DNA from: Escherichia phage AV125 | Strand: one strand, 5' to 3' | DNA length: 64,000 nucleotides | Sequence record: OR352955.1 | In this document: positions 10,307 through 20,572 of the stretch, piece after piece | Position numbering within the stretch: the stretch's first letter is position 1 | Layout: each line of letters begins with the position of its first letter | Translations under genes and position numbers: made by a program | The notes under the pieces: model-generated | What the model was told of the DNA's origin: nothing | What the model saw: only the letters and a program-made list of their open reading frames with translations | The model's database searches: none

Positions 10307-10786
10307 ATGGATAAAATGCTTACTGGCGTAATGGCCTACGACCCATCTCAAGTTATCCTTTCATTAGGTGGTTGGGAACCGTGGGGTTTTGCGGCTGATA
10401 CTAAAATCGTTATTGCTAAATCTAACGATATTATCAACCCTTATTCAGGGACTGATGGGGACGTTTCACTAGCTTTGAGTCGTAACCGTTTGGGAACACT
10501 CACAATGTCTTTGCAACGCACATCTCCAGCTAACGAAGTACTTGCAACATATGCACAAACAATGTATTCTACTCGTCAAGTAGCATTCAGTGTTTACTTG
10601 GAAGACCCACGTGGCTATTACATTAGCACGATTGGATGGATTCAAAGTCAACCTGAAGATACTATTGGCGAAATGATTACAGAGAACCAATGGGTTATTG
10701 GTCTTAAAGATGCAAGCCTTCTGCGTAATGAAGTTGGTGTAGGTTTGAGCACCCTTAACTCAATCTCTGCTCTGACAATTCAATAA
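10307..10786 (+). CDS. Tail tube protein (putative)
   Basis: 159-aa ORF between the sheath and chaperone genes; followed by a terminator. Confidence 0.45.
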   Translation: MDKMLTGVMAYDPSQVILSLGGWEPWGFAADTKIVIAKSNDIINPYSGTDGDVSLALSRNRLGTLTMSLQRTSPANEVLATYAQTMYSTRQVAFSVYLEDPRGYYISTIGWIQSQPEDTIGEMITENQWVIGLKDASLLRNEVGVGLSTLNSISALTIQ

Positions 10787-10791
10787 TAAAT

Positions 10792-10814
10792 AAAGGGCAG
10801 AAATGCCCTTTTTA
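10792..10814 (+). terminator. Rho-independent terminator after tube gene
   Basis: Stem AAAGGGCA / TGCCCTTT with loop GAAA, followed by TTTAT. Confidence 0.55.
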
Positions 10815-10831
10815 TCATTAGAGAGGAAAAT

Positions 10832-11314
10832 ATGTCACAAGAACAAGATAACACAATTCAAAAATATGCTCGACCAGAAGAAGTAGTTGAGATTCCGTTA
10901 GATGGAAACAGATCTGTTACTTTCCGTATTATGAAGTGGAGTCCATCTAAAGTGTTTGACAGGATTCCAGAATTAGGTAGTGTTCTGGTTGTTCCTATGA
11001 CTATGTATAGCACAGCAACAATGTCCGCAGACGAAGACCTTGAGTCACGTATTGCTATGGCACTGATCCAACTTTTTGCAGGTTTGGAAGAAAAGAATTT
11101 AACTGTCTTTTTGCGTAAAATTTTAGATGAGGTTTATACCCAAGACGGTTATAACGTTGCAGAAAATTTTGATGAATTATTTATGGCTCACCCAGAACTA
11201 GTGTTAGATCTTACTGCTAAAGTTCTGGAGGTAAACTACGGCCCTTTTTTCAAACGAGGTTTCGGAAAACTGTTCACACAGCTTCAGGCGATGACGAGTT
11301 TAGCAGCAAATTAA
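10832..11314 (+). CDS. Tail assembly chaperone (G-like, zero-frame product)
   Basis: 160-aa ORF directly upstream of the tape measure gene; contains a slippery heptamer near its 3' end. Confidence 0.5.
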   Translation: MSQEQDNTIQKYARPEEVVEIPLDGNRSVTFRIMKWSPSKVFDRIPELGSVLVVPMTMYSTATMSADEDLESRIAMALIQLFAGLEEKNLTVFLRKILDEVYTQDGYNVAENFDELFMAHPELVLDLTAKVLEVNYGPFFKRGFGKLFTQLQAMTSLAAN

Positions 11315-11580
11315 CACCTGCGATTGAACATGCTATCGACACAGCAACGAAAACCCTTACTTTGAAGTGGTATGAGGTTATTCTTTGCAAAGTCGTTAAA
11401 GATACCTCGGAAACACTGAAAACATTAGATAACTACGGTGTAGATTATCTTTTAAAACTATATGAGTATTTAACATACGAAGAGTATGTTGAAGCCATGT
11501 ATGTTAAAGACACTTCAATAAAGAGAAAACATCAAAACCAGACAAATAAAATGTCAGATTTGTTTAAGAAACTTGTTTAA
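11245..11580 (+). other. -1 programmed frameshift site (T_TTT_TTC at 11245-11251) and -1 frame extension giving a GT-like chaperone fusion
   Basis: Heptamer is in X_XXY_YYZ register in the zero frame. The -1 frame is open from at least 11221 through the track ORF 11362-11580 with no stop. Position between tube and tape measure matches the conserved G/GT arrangement. Confidence 0.5.
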
Positions 11581-11600
11581 TCCAACACGAGGAACATACT

Positions 11601-13589
11601 TTGTTAGAAATTAACGCCTCCAGAATTAGTAACGTGGTTACGTTTAAGGTGGACAAGAACAGTCTCAAGGAAGCAAAAGATGCCGTGTTGAGTGTTCAGA
11701 AGTTTGCAAATAAAATGCAACCCACTATGAACATGACCAAGTTTAGACAACAAATGAAAGAGATTGAGCGTGAACTTAAGAAAGCTCAAACTCAAAGCCA
11801 AAAACCTATGCGAGCACCTACTCCCGCTGGAGCGGGTGCTCCTGTAGGTGGTTCTGGTAGACCTAGAACTCCTAAAACCCCACAAGGTAGAGAAGAAGAA
11901 AAAGCTCGTAAAGCGGCTGAACGCGAAGCTAAAGCAGCAGCACGTAGGGAAGACTTAGGTAATCTTCGTTTACAGAACTTTAACTATCGAGCAAGAGCAT
12001 TTAGTAAAGCCAGTCCTGGAGCTATGCAAGAAGCTAGAGACGTTATGGGTAAAGCTGTAGAGCAATACAAAAAGGGTGAAATAACTCTTCAACGTATGAA
12101 CCAAGCTCTTGCTCACCAGTTAGATGCTTTACGCAGATCTCATCGTGAAAAGAATGCTGAAATAGAAGATGAGGTTCGCGGTCGTCGCCGTATTCGTAGA
12201 GAGCTAGAAGCAGAAGCTAAAATGCGTATACGTATGCGAAATCGTGAACTTAGGGATATAGAACGAAATCGTAAGCGTGAATTGGCACAACAAAAACGTG
12301 ATCGTGATCGTAGATATGGACAACTAAAAGAAGGTGCAGCAGGTCTTAATCCACGTATGATTGCATCCTCTTTGATAGGTGCTGGACTGTTTGCAGGTGG
12401 TTCTGTAGTAGGTAACACGTTGATGAATACTAACGAAAGAATTAAACTTGTAAGCCGTGGTGCTGAAAACGTACAGACAAACGCCAACTCTATTTTAACA
12501 ATGACAGCTTGGGGTGAACAGAACGGTGTAGACTCTGCAAATATTATTAAATCAATAGATAATATTAAAGACGTTCGTGAACGTCTTGGTAATACCGTTT
12601 TAGCTGCAAAGTGGAATGAGAAAGAAGGGAAGTGGAAAGGCGGTGATAATGGCATAACTGACATTATGAACTTGTTTGGATGGAATCCAGAACAGCTTAA
12701 ACCTTTACAGAACGATCCTTTAGCTTTTATTCAGGCTACTGTTAATGAAGGTGAGCGTCGAGGTATGAACTCTGCTCAAATCGGGCGACTTCTTGAAAAC
12801 CTTGGTGATGACCTTATGCACTACCAACGTATGTTTAGTAAAAACGGCGAAGGCTACAATGAAACATTGAAAATGCTTCAAAGAACAGGTGCAACATTAA
12901 CTCAAGAACAAATAGATGCTTCTAAAGAGTTTACTCGTTTTGCTGCAACAGTTCAGCTTGTAGGTCAAGGTATGCAGAACCACTTCTTAGAGGGTTTTGT
13001 GAAAGCCTTACCTAAAGATGATTCTTGGTTGGATAACGTTAAAGTGCTAGATCAGTTTGCCAAAGATTTAGGTGAAGAACTTGGTAAGACAACAGTTCAA
13101 TTAGGAGGTTTTGCTAAAGAATTGGGAGATGGTTTCGGATCTTTTACCAATTGGCTTAAAGAAACATTCCCAGATACCTTCGGAGACAACACAGATCCTA
13201 ATAAATCTATGGCACAAAAAGCATACGAGGCAACGCAAAGTGGAGATAGCAATCCTGTAGCAGATTGGTTGTACAATTTAACAGGTATTGATACACAAGA
13301 CATTGGTCGTATGTGGAGAGGAGAACAAACAAGGACACGTGCTTTTGGATTTGGTAATCCTCTTGAAGATTTACGTGAATCAGCCTATACACCTAACGTA
13401 AGTTTGGCTCGTAATCAACCTGTTGTTGAGAATACGGTAGCAATACCAAGTGATCTTATCAAAGTTACGATCAGCCCTTCTTCAGAGTTTGGAAATATTC
13501 TTGATGCAAGAATTCAAAATAGCGGAAATAGCATTTTCCAACGTTTATCTCTTTCAACTCTAAGTGGACAATCTAACACTGGTGGTTAA
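11601..13589 (+). CDS. Tail tape measure protein
   Basis: 662-aa ORF; N-terminal half Arg/Glu/Ala-rich helical; central hydrophobic Gly-rich segment (IASSLIGAGLFAGGSVVGN); TTG start after GAGGA; sits after the chaperone pair; followed by a terminator. Confidence 0.6.
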   Translation: MLEINASRISNVVTFKVDKNSLKEAKDAVLSVQKFANKMQPTMNMTKFRQQMKEIERELKKAQTQSQKPMRAPTPAGAGAPVGGSGRPRTPKTPQGREEEKARKAAEREAKAAARREDLGNLRLQNFNYRARAFSKASPGAMQEARDVMGKAVEQYKKGEITLQRMNQALAHQLDALRRSHREKNAEIEDEVRGRRRIRRELEAEAKMRIRMRNRELRDIERNRKRELAQQKRDRDRRYGQLKEGAAGLNPRMIASSLIGAGLFAGGSVVGNTLMNTNERIKLVSRGAENVQTNANSILTMTAWGEQNGVDSANIIKSIDNIKDVRERLGNTVLAAKWNEKEGKWKGGDNGITDIMNLFGWNPEQLKPLQNDPLAFIQATVNEGERRGMNSAQIGRLLENLGDDLMHYQRMFSKNGEGYNETLKMLQRTGATLTQEQIDASKEFTRFAATVQLVGQGMQNHFLEGFVKALPKDDSWLDNVKVLDQFAKDLGEELGKTTVQLGGFAKELGDGFGSFTNWLKETFPDTFGDNTDPNKSMAQKAYEATQSGDSNPVADWLYNLTGIDTQDIGRMWRGEQTRTRAFGFGNPLEDLRESAYTPNVSLARNQPVVENTVAIPSDLIKVTISPSSEFGNILDARIQNSGNSIFQRLSLSTLSGQSNTGG

Positions 13590-13596
13590 TAAAATA

Positions 13597-13618
13597 CCTC
13601 GCTTCGGCGAGGTTTTTT
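13597..13618 (+). terminator. Rho-independent terminator after tape measure gene
   Basis: Stem CCTCGC / GCGAGG with loop TTCG, followed by TTTTTT. Confidence 0.7.
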
Positions 13619-13626
13619 CGTTTCCC

Positions 13627-13656
13627 TTGACACGAAGTTTCTATATGTGTTACAAT
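13627..13656 (+). promoter_or_regulatory. sigma70-like promoter (TTGACA-18-TACAAT) upstream of baseplate cluster
   Basis: -35 TTGACA 13627-13632, 18-nt spacer, -10 TACAAT 13651-13656, immediately after the terminator. Confidence 0.5.
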
Positions 13657-13715
13657 AATCAATATGGGAAGATCTTGCATCTTCCTTTTGGCATTATCAT
13701 TACTACGAGGTTATC

Positions 13716-14417
13716 ATGGCAGCAATGACTCCACAACAGTCGGTGAGAGCCGTCTATAAGGCAGAACAGGAAATCAACTCTACCGAGAATAAAAATACCT
13801 CGGCATCTACTGTAAAGGGTGATAATGGTTTCTGCATTTTAGCAAGTGTTTATAATAGTTCAAGTGATCAATACATTCAAAACTTTAAAGCAATTACTTT
13901 CGATTCGGTCCCTGAAATAGGTGTAACTCGTGAGGCAGATGTTACAAGTTTTCCAGTAGAATCAGGATCGGATGTAAGTGACCACGTTCAAATAAAAAAC
14001 AACAGATTTAAACTTTCAGGTATAATTACCGAAACACCAATTCGGCTTATGCGAGATCAATTATACAGTGCAGGTGTAAATGGTGCAAGGATTTCTCAAG
14101 CAATAGAATATCTAGATCAAATATTTGAGTCAAGACAACCAATAGTTCTTTTGACAGAACACAGAACTTTTGAAAATGTTATTCTCAAAGGTTATTCGTA
14201 TGATTATAAATCTGAATTTGCTATGCAATTTGATTTAGAGTTTGAACAAATCCGTCTCGTTTCTAAGGCCACTACTAATGCTATTGCTGTAAAAACAGCA
14301 CCAAATAAATCGACGGGTGGTGATGTGAAAGGTCAAGTTGCTTCGAATGGTCCTAAGTCAGATATTACAGTAAGAACTGCTGAAGCTACTAATACCCCAA
14401 CAAACAACGGAGGTTAA
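13716..14417 (+). CDS. Baseplate/tail assembly protein (unassigned)
   Basis: 233-aa ORF, first gene after tape measure; RBS ACGAGG. Confidence 0.3.
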   Translation: MAAMTPQQSVRAVYKAEQEINSTENKNTSASTVKGDNGFCILASVYNSSSDQYIQNFKAITFDSVPEIGVTREADVTSFPVESGSDVSDHVQIKNNRFKLSGIITETPIRLMRDQLYSAGVNGARISQAIEYLDQIFESRQPIVLLTEHRTFENVILKGYSYDYKSEFAMQFDLEFEQIRLVSKATTNAIAVKTAPNKSTGGDVKGQVASNGPKSDITVRTAEATNTPTNNGG

Positions 14418-14419
14418 TA

Positions 14420-14833
14420 GTGACAACTTATTCTAAAACAACAAGGTCTACAAGTAATACAGGCTACAGTGCAGTTTATCTAGAGGACCATTCTACTTAT
14501 TTTGCATGGTACCTGAAAACTGAAGAGTATCCTGATCAAACATATACAGTTACATTGGATGGGGTTGATTATGATATTCGTTTAAGGTGGAACACTAGGG
14601 ACGAGTCTTGGCAATGTCAGATTGGATTATCTGGAGATGATCCAAGTATAAGTTTCAAAGTTACAAATGGTTTAGATCTTCTTAAACCTTATAAATATCT
14701 TGAAAGTGTGCCAGATGGTCAATTATATATAGTAGATACAGTTAAGATTAATGGTCGTCCTGGGTATACAACTACAGGTCGAGATAAACGTTTTGTATTG
14801 GTTTATATTGATAACAAACCTAATCAGGCGTAA
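14420..14833 (+). CDS. Baseplate protein (unassigned)
   Basis: 137-aa ORF with GTG start after GGAGG; within the baseplate cluster. Confidence 0.3.
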   Translation: MTTYSKTTRSTSNTGYSAVYLEDHSTYFAWYLKTEEYPDQTYTVTLDGVDYDIRLRWNTRDESWQCQIGLSGDDPSISFKVTNGLDLLKPYKYLESVPDGQLYIVDTVKINGRPGYTTTGRDKRFVLVYIDNKPNQA

Positions 14834-14842
14834 GGAGATAAT

Positions 14843-15853
14843 ATGGCAGAAAGAGAGTATACAAAAGCTCCTGCCCCTAATTTAAACAGGGCATACAAAT
14901 TATTAATTGGTTCTGCCACAAACACAATACAGAAGAGAACTAAGAACTCGGCATTTAAATCTACAGTAGATTTGGATACCAAGTTAGGGACAACAGAAAA
15001 ATCCTCTTCTAATTTGTATTTGTTGCAAGACCATCAAATAACCTTCAGTATTAAGAAAGATAATAACAAAGATCCTAACCAAGCAGAGATTGTAGTTTAT
15101 AACCTTTCGGATGATACTGTTAACTATATAAACCGTGGTATCCGAAATAACTTGGCTGTTGCTTTAGCGGTAGGATACGAAGGTGAAGAGTTGGTTATGG
15201 TCTTCAAAGGAACTATCCAGTGGGTTAGTGATACTTTTGACTCGGTAGACAGGAAAACCACTTTACACTGTTTGGATGGCGGTATTAACATTGCAGAAGC
15301 AAGAACAAGCCGCAGTTATCCAAAAGGAACTAAAATCAAACGTGTTGTGACAGATTTGGTAAAGGATTTAGGAACTACAGAAGGTAATATACACGTAGAT
15401 AATGATCAAACCTTATCTTCAGCAACAGCTATGTGTGGAAACACTTCACATTACCTAGAACATATTTGTAAAAGTATTGATCACAATGTGTCGATACAAG
15501 ATGGATCTGTTTATGTCACTCCTCGTTCACAAATGTCTAGTGCACGTAGCGCCTACATTAGCCCTGAAACTGGTCTGATAGGAAGTCCAGAACCATTCCA
15601 CAACGATATAAAACCTACTAAAAAAGTTACCAAGTCCTCTAAGAAGGCAAAGAAACCTACAGATGGTGTTAAATTCAAATGCCAAATGAATGGTGCAATA
15701 CTACCAGAAAAAACAATCTGGTTAAAAAGCCGAGATTATGATGGTCCATTTAAAGTTGTTTCTGTTTCTCACAATGGTGATAAAGAGGGTAAAGAGTGGG
15801 TTACTGAAGTGGAGTGTGTATCCGTGTCTGAAATAATGACTAAGGAGAAATAA
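14843..15853 (+). CDS. Baseplate hub-like protein (putative)
   Basis: 336-aa ORF immediately upstream of the spike gene, the position occupied by hub proteins in contractile-tail baseplates. Confidence 0.3.
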   Translation: MAEREYTKAPAPNLNRAYKLLIGSATNTIQKRTKNSAFKSTVDLDTKLGTTEKSSSNLYLLQDHQITFSIKKDNNKDPNQAEIVVYNLSDDTVNYINRGIRNNLAVALAVGYEGEELVMVFKGTIQWVSDTFDSVDRKTTLHCLDGGINIAEARTSRSYPKGTKIKRVVTDLVKDLGTTEGNIHVDNDQTLSSATAMCGNTSHYLEHICKSIDHNVSIQDGSVYVTPRSQMSSARSAYISPETGLIGSPEPFHNDIKPTKKVTKSSKKAKKPTDGVKFKCQMNGAILPEKTIWLKSRDYDGPFKVVSVSHNGDKEGKEWVTEVECVSVSEIMTKEK

Positions 15854-16587
15854 TGGATGCATTGAATTTTGTCACAGCAATGCGCGGATTAATGACAGAA
15901 CAATTAGCAGAAGTCCATACAGCCCTGCCAGTCCGTGTGACTGGCGTTAATTATGGTGCTAAAACTGTCACTTTAGAATCTATTGTTAAAAACACACGAT
16001 CTAGTGAAGATGAAATAGATTATCCTACTTTTGAAGATGTTCCTTTTATGGTTAATGGGGGTGGGACAGGAAGAATCTCATTCCCTATTAAAGCTGGCGA
16101 TTTAGGAACTGTTATATTTTCTGAAAGAGATCCTTCTAATGCACTGCAAACTAGTGGAGAAACCTCTTCATCATCCACTTTTATGCAGCCTTGTGGATTA
16201 TACCCTATTTGTTTTATTCCCAAAATAGCTACAGGAACAGATTCAACAGAAGCCGTAGATTCTGAAAAGGTAGTTATTTCTAATAACAAAAACACGTACG
16301 CTTCTTTCGACCCTACAGGTAATATTTCAATATGGAATAGTCAAGGGATGAAAATAGATATTACTACCTCCGGTATTACTATTACAGATGGCACAGGGAC
16401 TTTGGATCTAAAAGGTGGTAATTTAACTTTCAAAGGCGGCGTGGCAGATATCAATGGTCTTAAAATAGATCAGAACGGTTTGATGACAGATGGTAATGGC
16501 ATCGGATTCCATACTCACACGCACACGGTTCGTAACATTCAGAGCGGTAACTCAAGTGCCGAGTCCTTAAAACCAACAGGAGCCTAA
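15853..16587 (+). CDS. Baseplate central spike protein (gpV/gp5-like) with HxHxH tip
   Basis: N-terminal OB-fold-like region, Gly/Thr-rich beta-rich C-terminal part, terminal GIGFHTHTHT motif resembling metal-binding spike apexes. Confidence 0.5.
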   Translation: MDALNFVTAMRGLMTEQLAEVHTALPVRVTGVNYGAKTVTLESIVKNTRSSEDEIDYPTFEDVPFMVNGGGTGRISFPIKAGDLGTVIFSERDPSNALQTSGETSSSSTFMQPCGLYPICFIPKIATGTDSTEAVDSEKVVISNNKNTYASFDPTGNISIWNSQGMKIDITTSGITITDGTGTLDLKGGNLTFKGGVADINGLKIDQNGLMTDGNGIGFHTHTHTVRNIQSGNSSAESLKPTGA

Positions 16588-16588
16588 C

Positions 16589-17215
16589 ATGGGAATCCCT
16601 TTTGACTTAAAACTTGGGCCAAACAACGACCTCATTATGGATGATGGGGATTTGGTCCTCACTACAACCAGAACAGAAATTGCAGCACAAACTCTTGGGA
16701 TAACTCTGAACACGTATCGTGGGGAGTGGTTTTTAAATACTAACTTCGGTGTTCCTTACTTACAAGAGATTATTGGTGTTGCTAGAAAGAAAGATATTGT
16801 AGACAGAATATTTTTAGCAGAGATTGCCAAAAACGTTTACATAGATACAATAAACAGTTATAAATCTGCTTATGACATGGATCAACGTTATTACTCAATG
16901 ACAGTTATGGTCACAGTTGGAGCAGATACAGTAACATCTATATTCAATACTCAACCTTCTGAAGAGTTTATTTACCCTGAAGCTGGTGAAGACAATGCAG
17001 CGATCACTTGTGAAGCTTACAGTATTGTTGAGAATTCGAATAGACTTTATCGCTTTATCAACTTTGTTGGTTTGCCACGTGATACCTACTCTACTTGGTG
17101 GAATGAATGGTCTACAGAGTCAGCAGTGGAAAGAATCATGGTTAACGAAAAAGGTGATGCATTAGCTACAAACAATAATTTCGGTATAACAGCTATGACA
17201 GGAGTAGAAGAGTAA
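16589..17215 (+). CDS. Baseplate wedge protein (gp25/W-like, putative)
   Basis: 208-aa ORF directly after the spike gene, as for W/gp25-like proteins; no diagnostic motif. Confidence 0.3.
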   Translation: MGIPFDLKLGPNNDLIMDDGDLVLTTTRTEIAAQTLGITLNTYRGEWFLNTNFGVPYLQEIIGVARKKDIVDRIFLAEIAKNVYIDTINSYKSAYDMDQRYYSMTVMVTVGADTVTSIFNTQPSEEFIYPEAGEDNAAITCEAYSIVENSNRLYRFINFVGLPRDTYSTWWNEWSTESAVERIMVNEKGDALATNNNFGITAMTGVEE

Positions 17216-17688
17216 TGGCAGATTTAACTACGATCAAAGTTTCTGATCTTACACAAACAACCTCTGTGTCTGATACAGATTTCTTTGTAACAGATCAGGC
17301 TGGAATAACAAAGAAAACTTCTTTGAAAGTGCTGTTGAGTGGTGCAGGGGTAACTAGAAACCGTCTGAATGCACGGGGAACAGTAACTAGCACATTGGCA
17401 TTAGATATTAGTTCAGCAGAATATTTTTCAGCAACTTTATCTTCTGAAACGTGCACAATTAGTTTTACTAATATTCCAGTAGCAACAAATGCAGTTTTAA
17501 ACTTTACTTTAGCTTTGCGTCAAGGAAGTGGTGCAAATAAAGTCGTATGGCCTTCTTCTGTAAAATGGAGTTTTGGTCGTTCCCCAGTTTTGAGTTATCG
17601 TCAAGGTGCAACAGACACTTTTGAGTTTATCAGTTATGATAATGGTGCAACTTGGACAGGTAGCTTAGTTTTAGCAGGAGTTATTTAA
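17215..17688 (+). CDS. Small tail protein carrying a fiber N-terminal anchor-like motif
   Basis: N-terminus VSDTDFFVTDQAGITKKTSLKVL resembles the N-termini of the 22735 tailspike and the 45-aa ORF at 25189. Confidence 0.3.
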   Translation: MADLTTIKVSDLTQTTSVSDTDFFVTDQAGITKKTSLKVLLSGAGVTRNRLNARGTVTSTLALDISSAEYFSATLSSETCTISFTNIPVATNAVLNFTLALRQGSGANKVVWPSSVKWSFGRSPVLSYRQGATDTFEFISYDNGATWTGSLVLAGVI

Positions 17689-20564
17689 TGTCAAGAGTTA
17701 AGCACAATATTGACAACACGTTTCAGTTGATTGAAGGGTTGGTTCAGTTTTTGGAAAGAAATACTGGGCTTACCATAGATCCTACGGTTCAGCATTACAT
17801 TATCAACCCACAAAACGTATTGGCGAACAACAGACACTTTATTAACTGGACAGCGCAGGAAGGGCAACCAAACGGTGACGCTACTACCGAAGGTCAATCT
17901 GTGCTTATCACTGGTTTTGCTTATGCATATTTGGCTACAGGGGATAAAAAATATCTTGAATCTGCCGAGAAGTATTGGCAAGCCTATATAGATCACTTCT
18001 TCGGGGGCCAACCTATTCCTGATCCTCCGGCTAAGTATCGTCCCAACTGGATCATCAATGGTAAAGAACCACGTTTAGCACATTACCCTCTCACAGATGA
18101 TGGGTATCCTACGCACGGTGGGTTCAAAGGTAGCATGATGACTTGGATTAACGGAAGGACTGTTATTCCTAAAGGTGCACCGCATTGGGGAGAATACTTA
18201 GATAAAGCTTGGTTTGCTTTCAATGGTAATCTTGGTTGGAACTCCGTTAACGCAACAGTTTATGCAACTAACCCAGATGGTTCAACTAACTGGAAAGAAT
18301 ATGGAGATCAGTGGGACGTTGAATGGATTATAGATCGTCTAGGACGTAAAGTTGATTGGGATGGTAACATTTTATCTGCAGGGCACAGCTTCGCAGAATA
18401 TGGAACAGTGCAACTTAAAAATGCTTCTGTGAACGGTGATTATAAATTCAACTACGCTACATGCAACCCTGTAGAACACGGTGGATATCTGCTTAAGCGT
18501 AATGAGATGTGGCATAACCGTCCTGTAAACGTTCCGGTAGAGTTAGGCTATCAAGATAATGCTTCCGATGCTGAAACGTGGTGGTGTGATGCAAACTACT
18601 TGATGTATCAGATCACAGGAGAGAGAAAATACTGGCTTTGCTGGCAATCTTCTTTATTGTTGTGTCAAGACTACTCAAACATCGATATGTTTGATAAATT
18701 CTTCCGTAGATCTACGACAGCAATAATTCCTTTTACAGATGGTATCTCGTATGATTACTCATACCCATCTACAGCAATACCTAAATATTCTCGTGACGAA
18801 TTAGGATATACAGTAATTCGCCAAGATGTTTCAGCACAAACAACTCTAGAACAACAGGCAGTTTGGTTCAGAGTGGATCAGAATTCAAAACTGCGTATTG
18901 AGTTTCAAGGTGTAGATGATGCAGGGGAAGGTGTTCTTTTCCGTCCAGAGTTAGAATTAAGCAAGACTAAGAGTGAAACAGACACAGTGACATATCGTTG
19001 TGGCTTACCTCTTGGTGCAGCTAATATGACTAAGATGGATATACCTTTATCTAGTTTTATGCGCACCGAACCTCCTGGAGGTGGTGTATATATTATTGCT
19101 GAACCTAGAATCATTGTTGACTGGGGAAGCAATACTGTGATACAATATAAATATGCAACTGGTATTGCTGGGACAAATAGTGATCAGATAGTTTCTGCTA
19201 ATATGGATTCAGATGGTGGTTTTACTATTGGATTTTGGTTAACACCAACTAAAACAGCCAATTTAAAATCTATTACCTATCGTTCATACGCAGATGATTT
19301 TAACATCACTATTACGGATTCCGCAGGTTGGAGATGGTGGGCCATGTTAGAAAAAACAAATTCTGCATGGGTTACTAAAGCTTTAAGTCCTGCTGATTTC
19401 AAATTAAGCACTTGGCAACCTAATCACAATGACACAGAGACAAAACCTTCGTCAATAAACCTGACTGCTGTTGATCAGATCAACATTGCATTGGATTCTG
19501 AACCTGCAAATGGCTTGACAGGGGCAATCGACTTTTATTGCGTTAACGATATCCCATCTTTGTATTCTTCAGCCGCTGGTGATGATTACACAATGTATTT
19601 CAGGGTTACAGTTTCATCTGAAAATCCTTATACAGCAAAACTTGGAGATTGTACAATACTGGACTACAAACTTGACAGTTTGAATTATACTCCAGGAATC
19701 ATTCCATTTTCCAATATTAGTGATCCTAACACAGCATTATATGACGGTTGGCGTGGTATTCCTTACCCAGGTTATCAATACCCATCCTTATATTGTTTTA
19801 AAGGGAGAGATATTGACTGGGTTCGTATGAACAACAGTATAGACTTTTTATATGATTCACAAATGTGGTTTTATAATAAGTTTGCCCCTGTGATGCCTGG
19901 GCCAATGGCACAAGCTTATGTTTGGGATCGTTGGGATGCTCATAAATACGGAAACAAGAATGAGTTCACAATGTATCATTGGAACGATAAAGCTTGGGAT
20001 GGTTATGAAGCACGAGCATTCTTCTGTGCATGTCATACAGTATACGAACTGAAACAACGAGGAGCAGAAGTTCCTGCAAAACTTTTAACAGTTTGTAAAA
20101 ACTGGATCAACTATCTGAAATGGTTCCAAGATAACAACGAAGGAAGAACACCAACAATATTTTATCCCAATGGAGAAGTGGCTGCGCCTGTAGATGACTT
20201 TACAAGTCACATGTCTGCGCTCTTTATGGCGGGATGTGCTATAATGGGGATGGCTGGATATGATTCAGAAATTCCTAACATTAGAATAGTAGCAGACCGC
20301 TGTTTTGAACTTATTCAGGAAAACTATATTGTTCTTGGTCCTAATCACGTCATGAATGGTTGTTGGAGTGCCGCTCCTAGACCAGACAGTGATAACGGAG
20401 TCTTCTTTGGCTTCCACGCTGGAGAGTTGTTACGTGGTTTTGGGTTGTATGCTTTATACAAAAAACTTAATCCCCAAAATGCATTACCTGTTTTGGATTC
20501 GAGCAATATTCCTGCACTTACTGTTTTGACAATGGCAAACATTAGTGTGGACGTTACCGAGTAA
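17688..20564 (+). CDS. Large tail/baseplate-associated protein (958 aa), possible enzymatic receptor-binding protein
   Basis: Large ORF in the tail cluster; Trp/Tyr-rich; segment ITGFAYAYLATGDKKYLESAEKYWQAY is suggestive of a glycoside-hydrolase-like helical barrel (weak). Confidence 0.3.
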   Translation: MSRVKHNIDNTFQLIEGLVQFLERNTGLTIDPTVQHYIINPQNVLANNRHFINWTAQEGQPNGDATTEGQSVLITGFAYAYLATGDKKYLESAEKYWQAYIDHFFGGQPIPDPPAKYRPNWIINGKEPRLAHYPLTDDGYPTHGGFKGSMMTWINGRTVIPKGAPHWGEYLDKAWFAFNGNLGWNSVNATVYATNPDGSTNWKEYGDQWDVEWIIDRLGRKVDWDGNILSAGHSFAEYGTVQLKNASVNGDYKFNYATCNPVEHGGYLLKRNEMWHNRPVNVPVELGYQDNASDAETWWCDANYLMYQITGERKYWLCWQSSLLLCQDYSNIDMFDKFFRRSTTAIIPFTDGISYDYSYPSTAIPKYSRDELGYTVIRQDVSAQTTLEQQAVWFRVDQNSKLRIEFQGVDDAGEGVLFRPELELSKTKSETDTVTYRCGLPLGAANMTKMDIPLSSFMRTEPPGGGVYIIAEPRIIVDWGSNTVIQYKYATGIAGTNSDQIVSANMDSDGGFTIGFWLTPTKTANLKSITYRSYADDFNITITDSAGWRWWAMLEKTNSAWVTKALSPADFKLSTWQPNHNDTETKPSSINLTAVDQINIALDSEPANGLTGAIDFYCVNDIPSLYSSAAGDDYTMYFRVTVSSENPYTAKLGDCTILDYKLDSLNYTPGIIPFSNISDPNTALYDGWRGIPYPGYQYPSLYCFKGRDIDWVRMNNSIDFLYDSQMWFYNKFAPVMPGPMAQAYVWDRWDAHKYGNKNEFTMYHWNDKAWDGYEARAFFCACHTVYELKQRGAEVPAKLLTVCKNWINYLKWFQDNNEGRTPTIFYPNGEVAAPVDDFTSHMSALFMAGCAIMGMAGYDSEIPNIRIVADRCFELIQENYIVLGPNHVMNGCWSAAPRPDSDNGVFFGFHAGELLRGFGLYALYKKLNPQNALPVLDSSNIPALTVLTMANISVDVTE

Positions 20565-20572
20565 GGGGTAAA

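Noticed and set aside
12140-12664. 174-aa minus-strand ORF inside the tape measure gene
   Set aside because: Ser/Arg/Pro-rich antisense artefact of the Arg/Glu-rich tape measure coding region.
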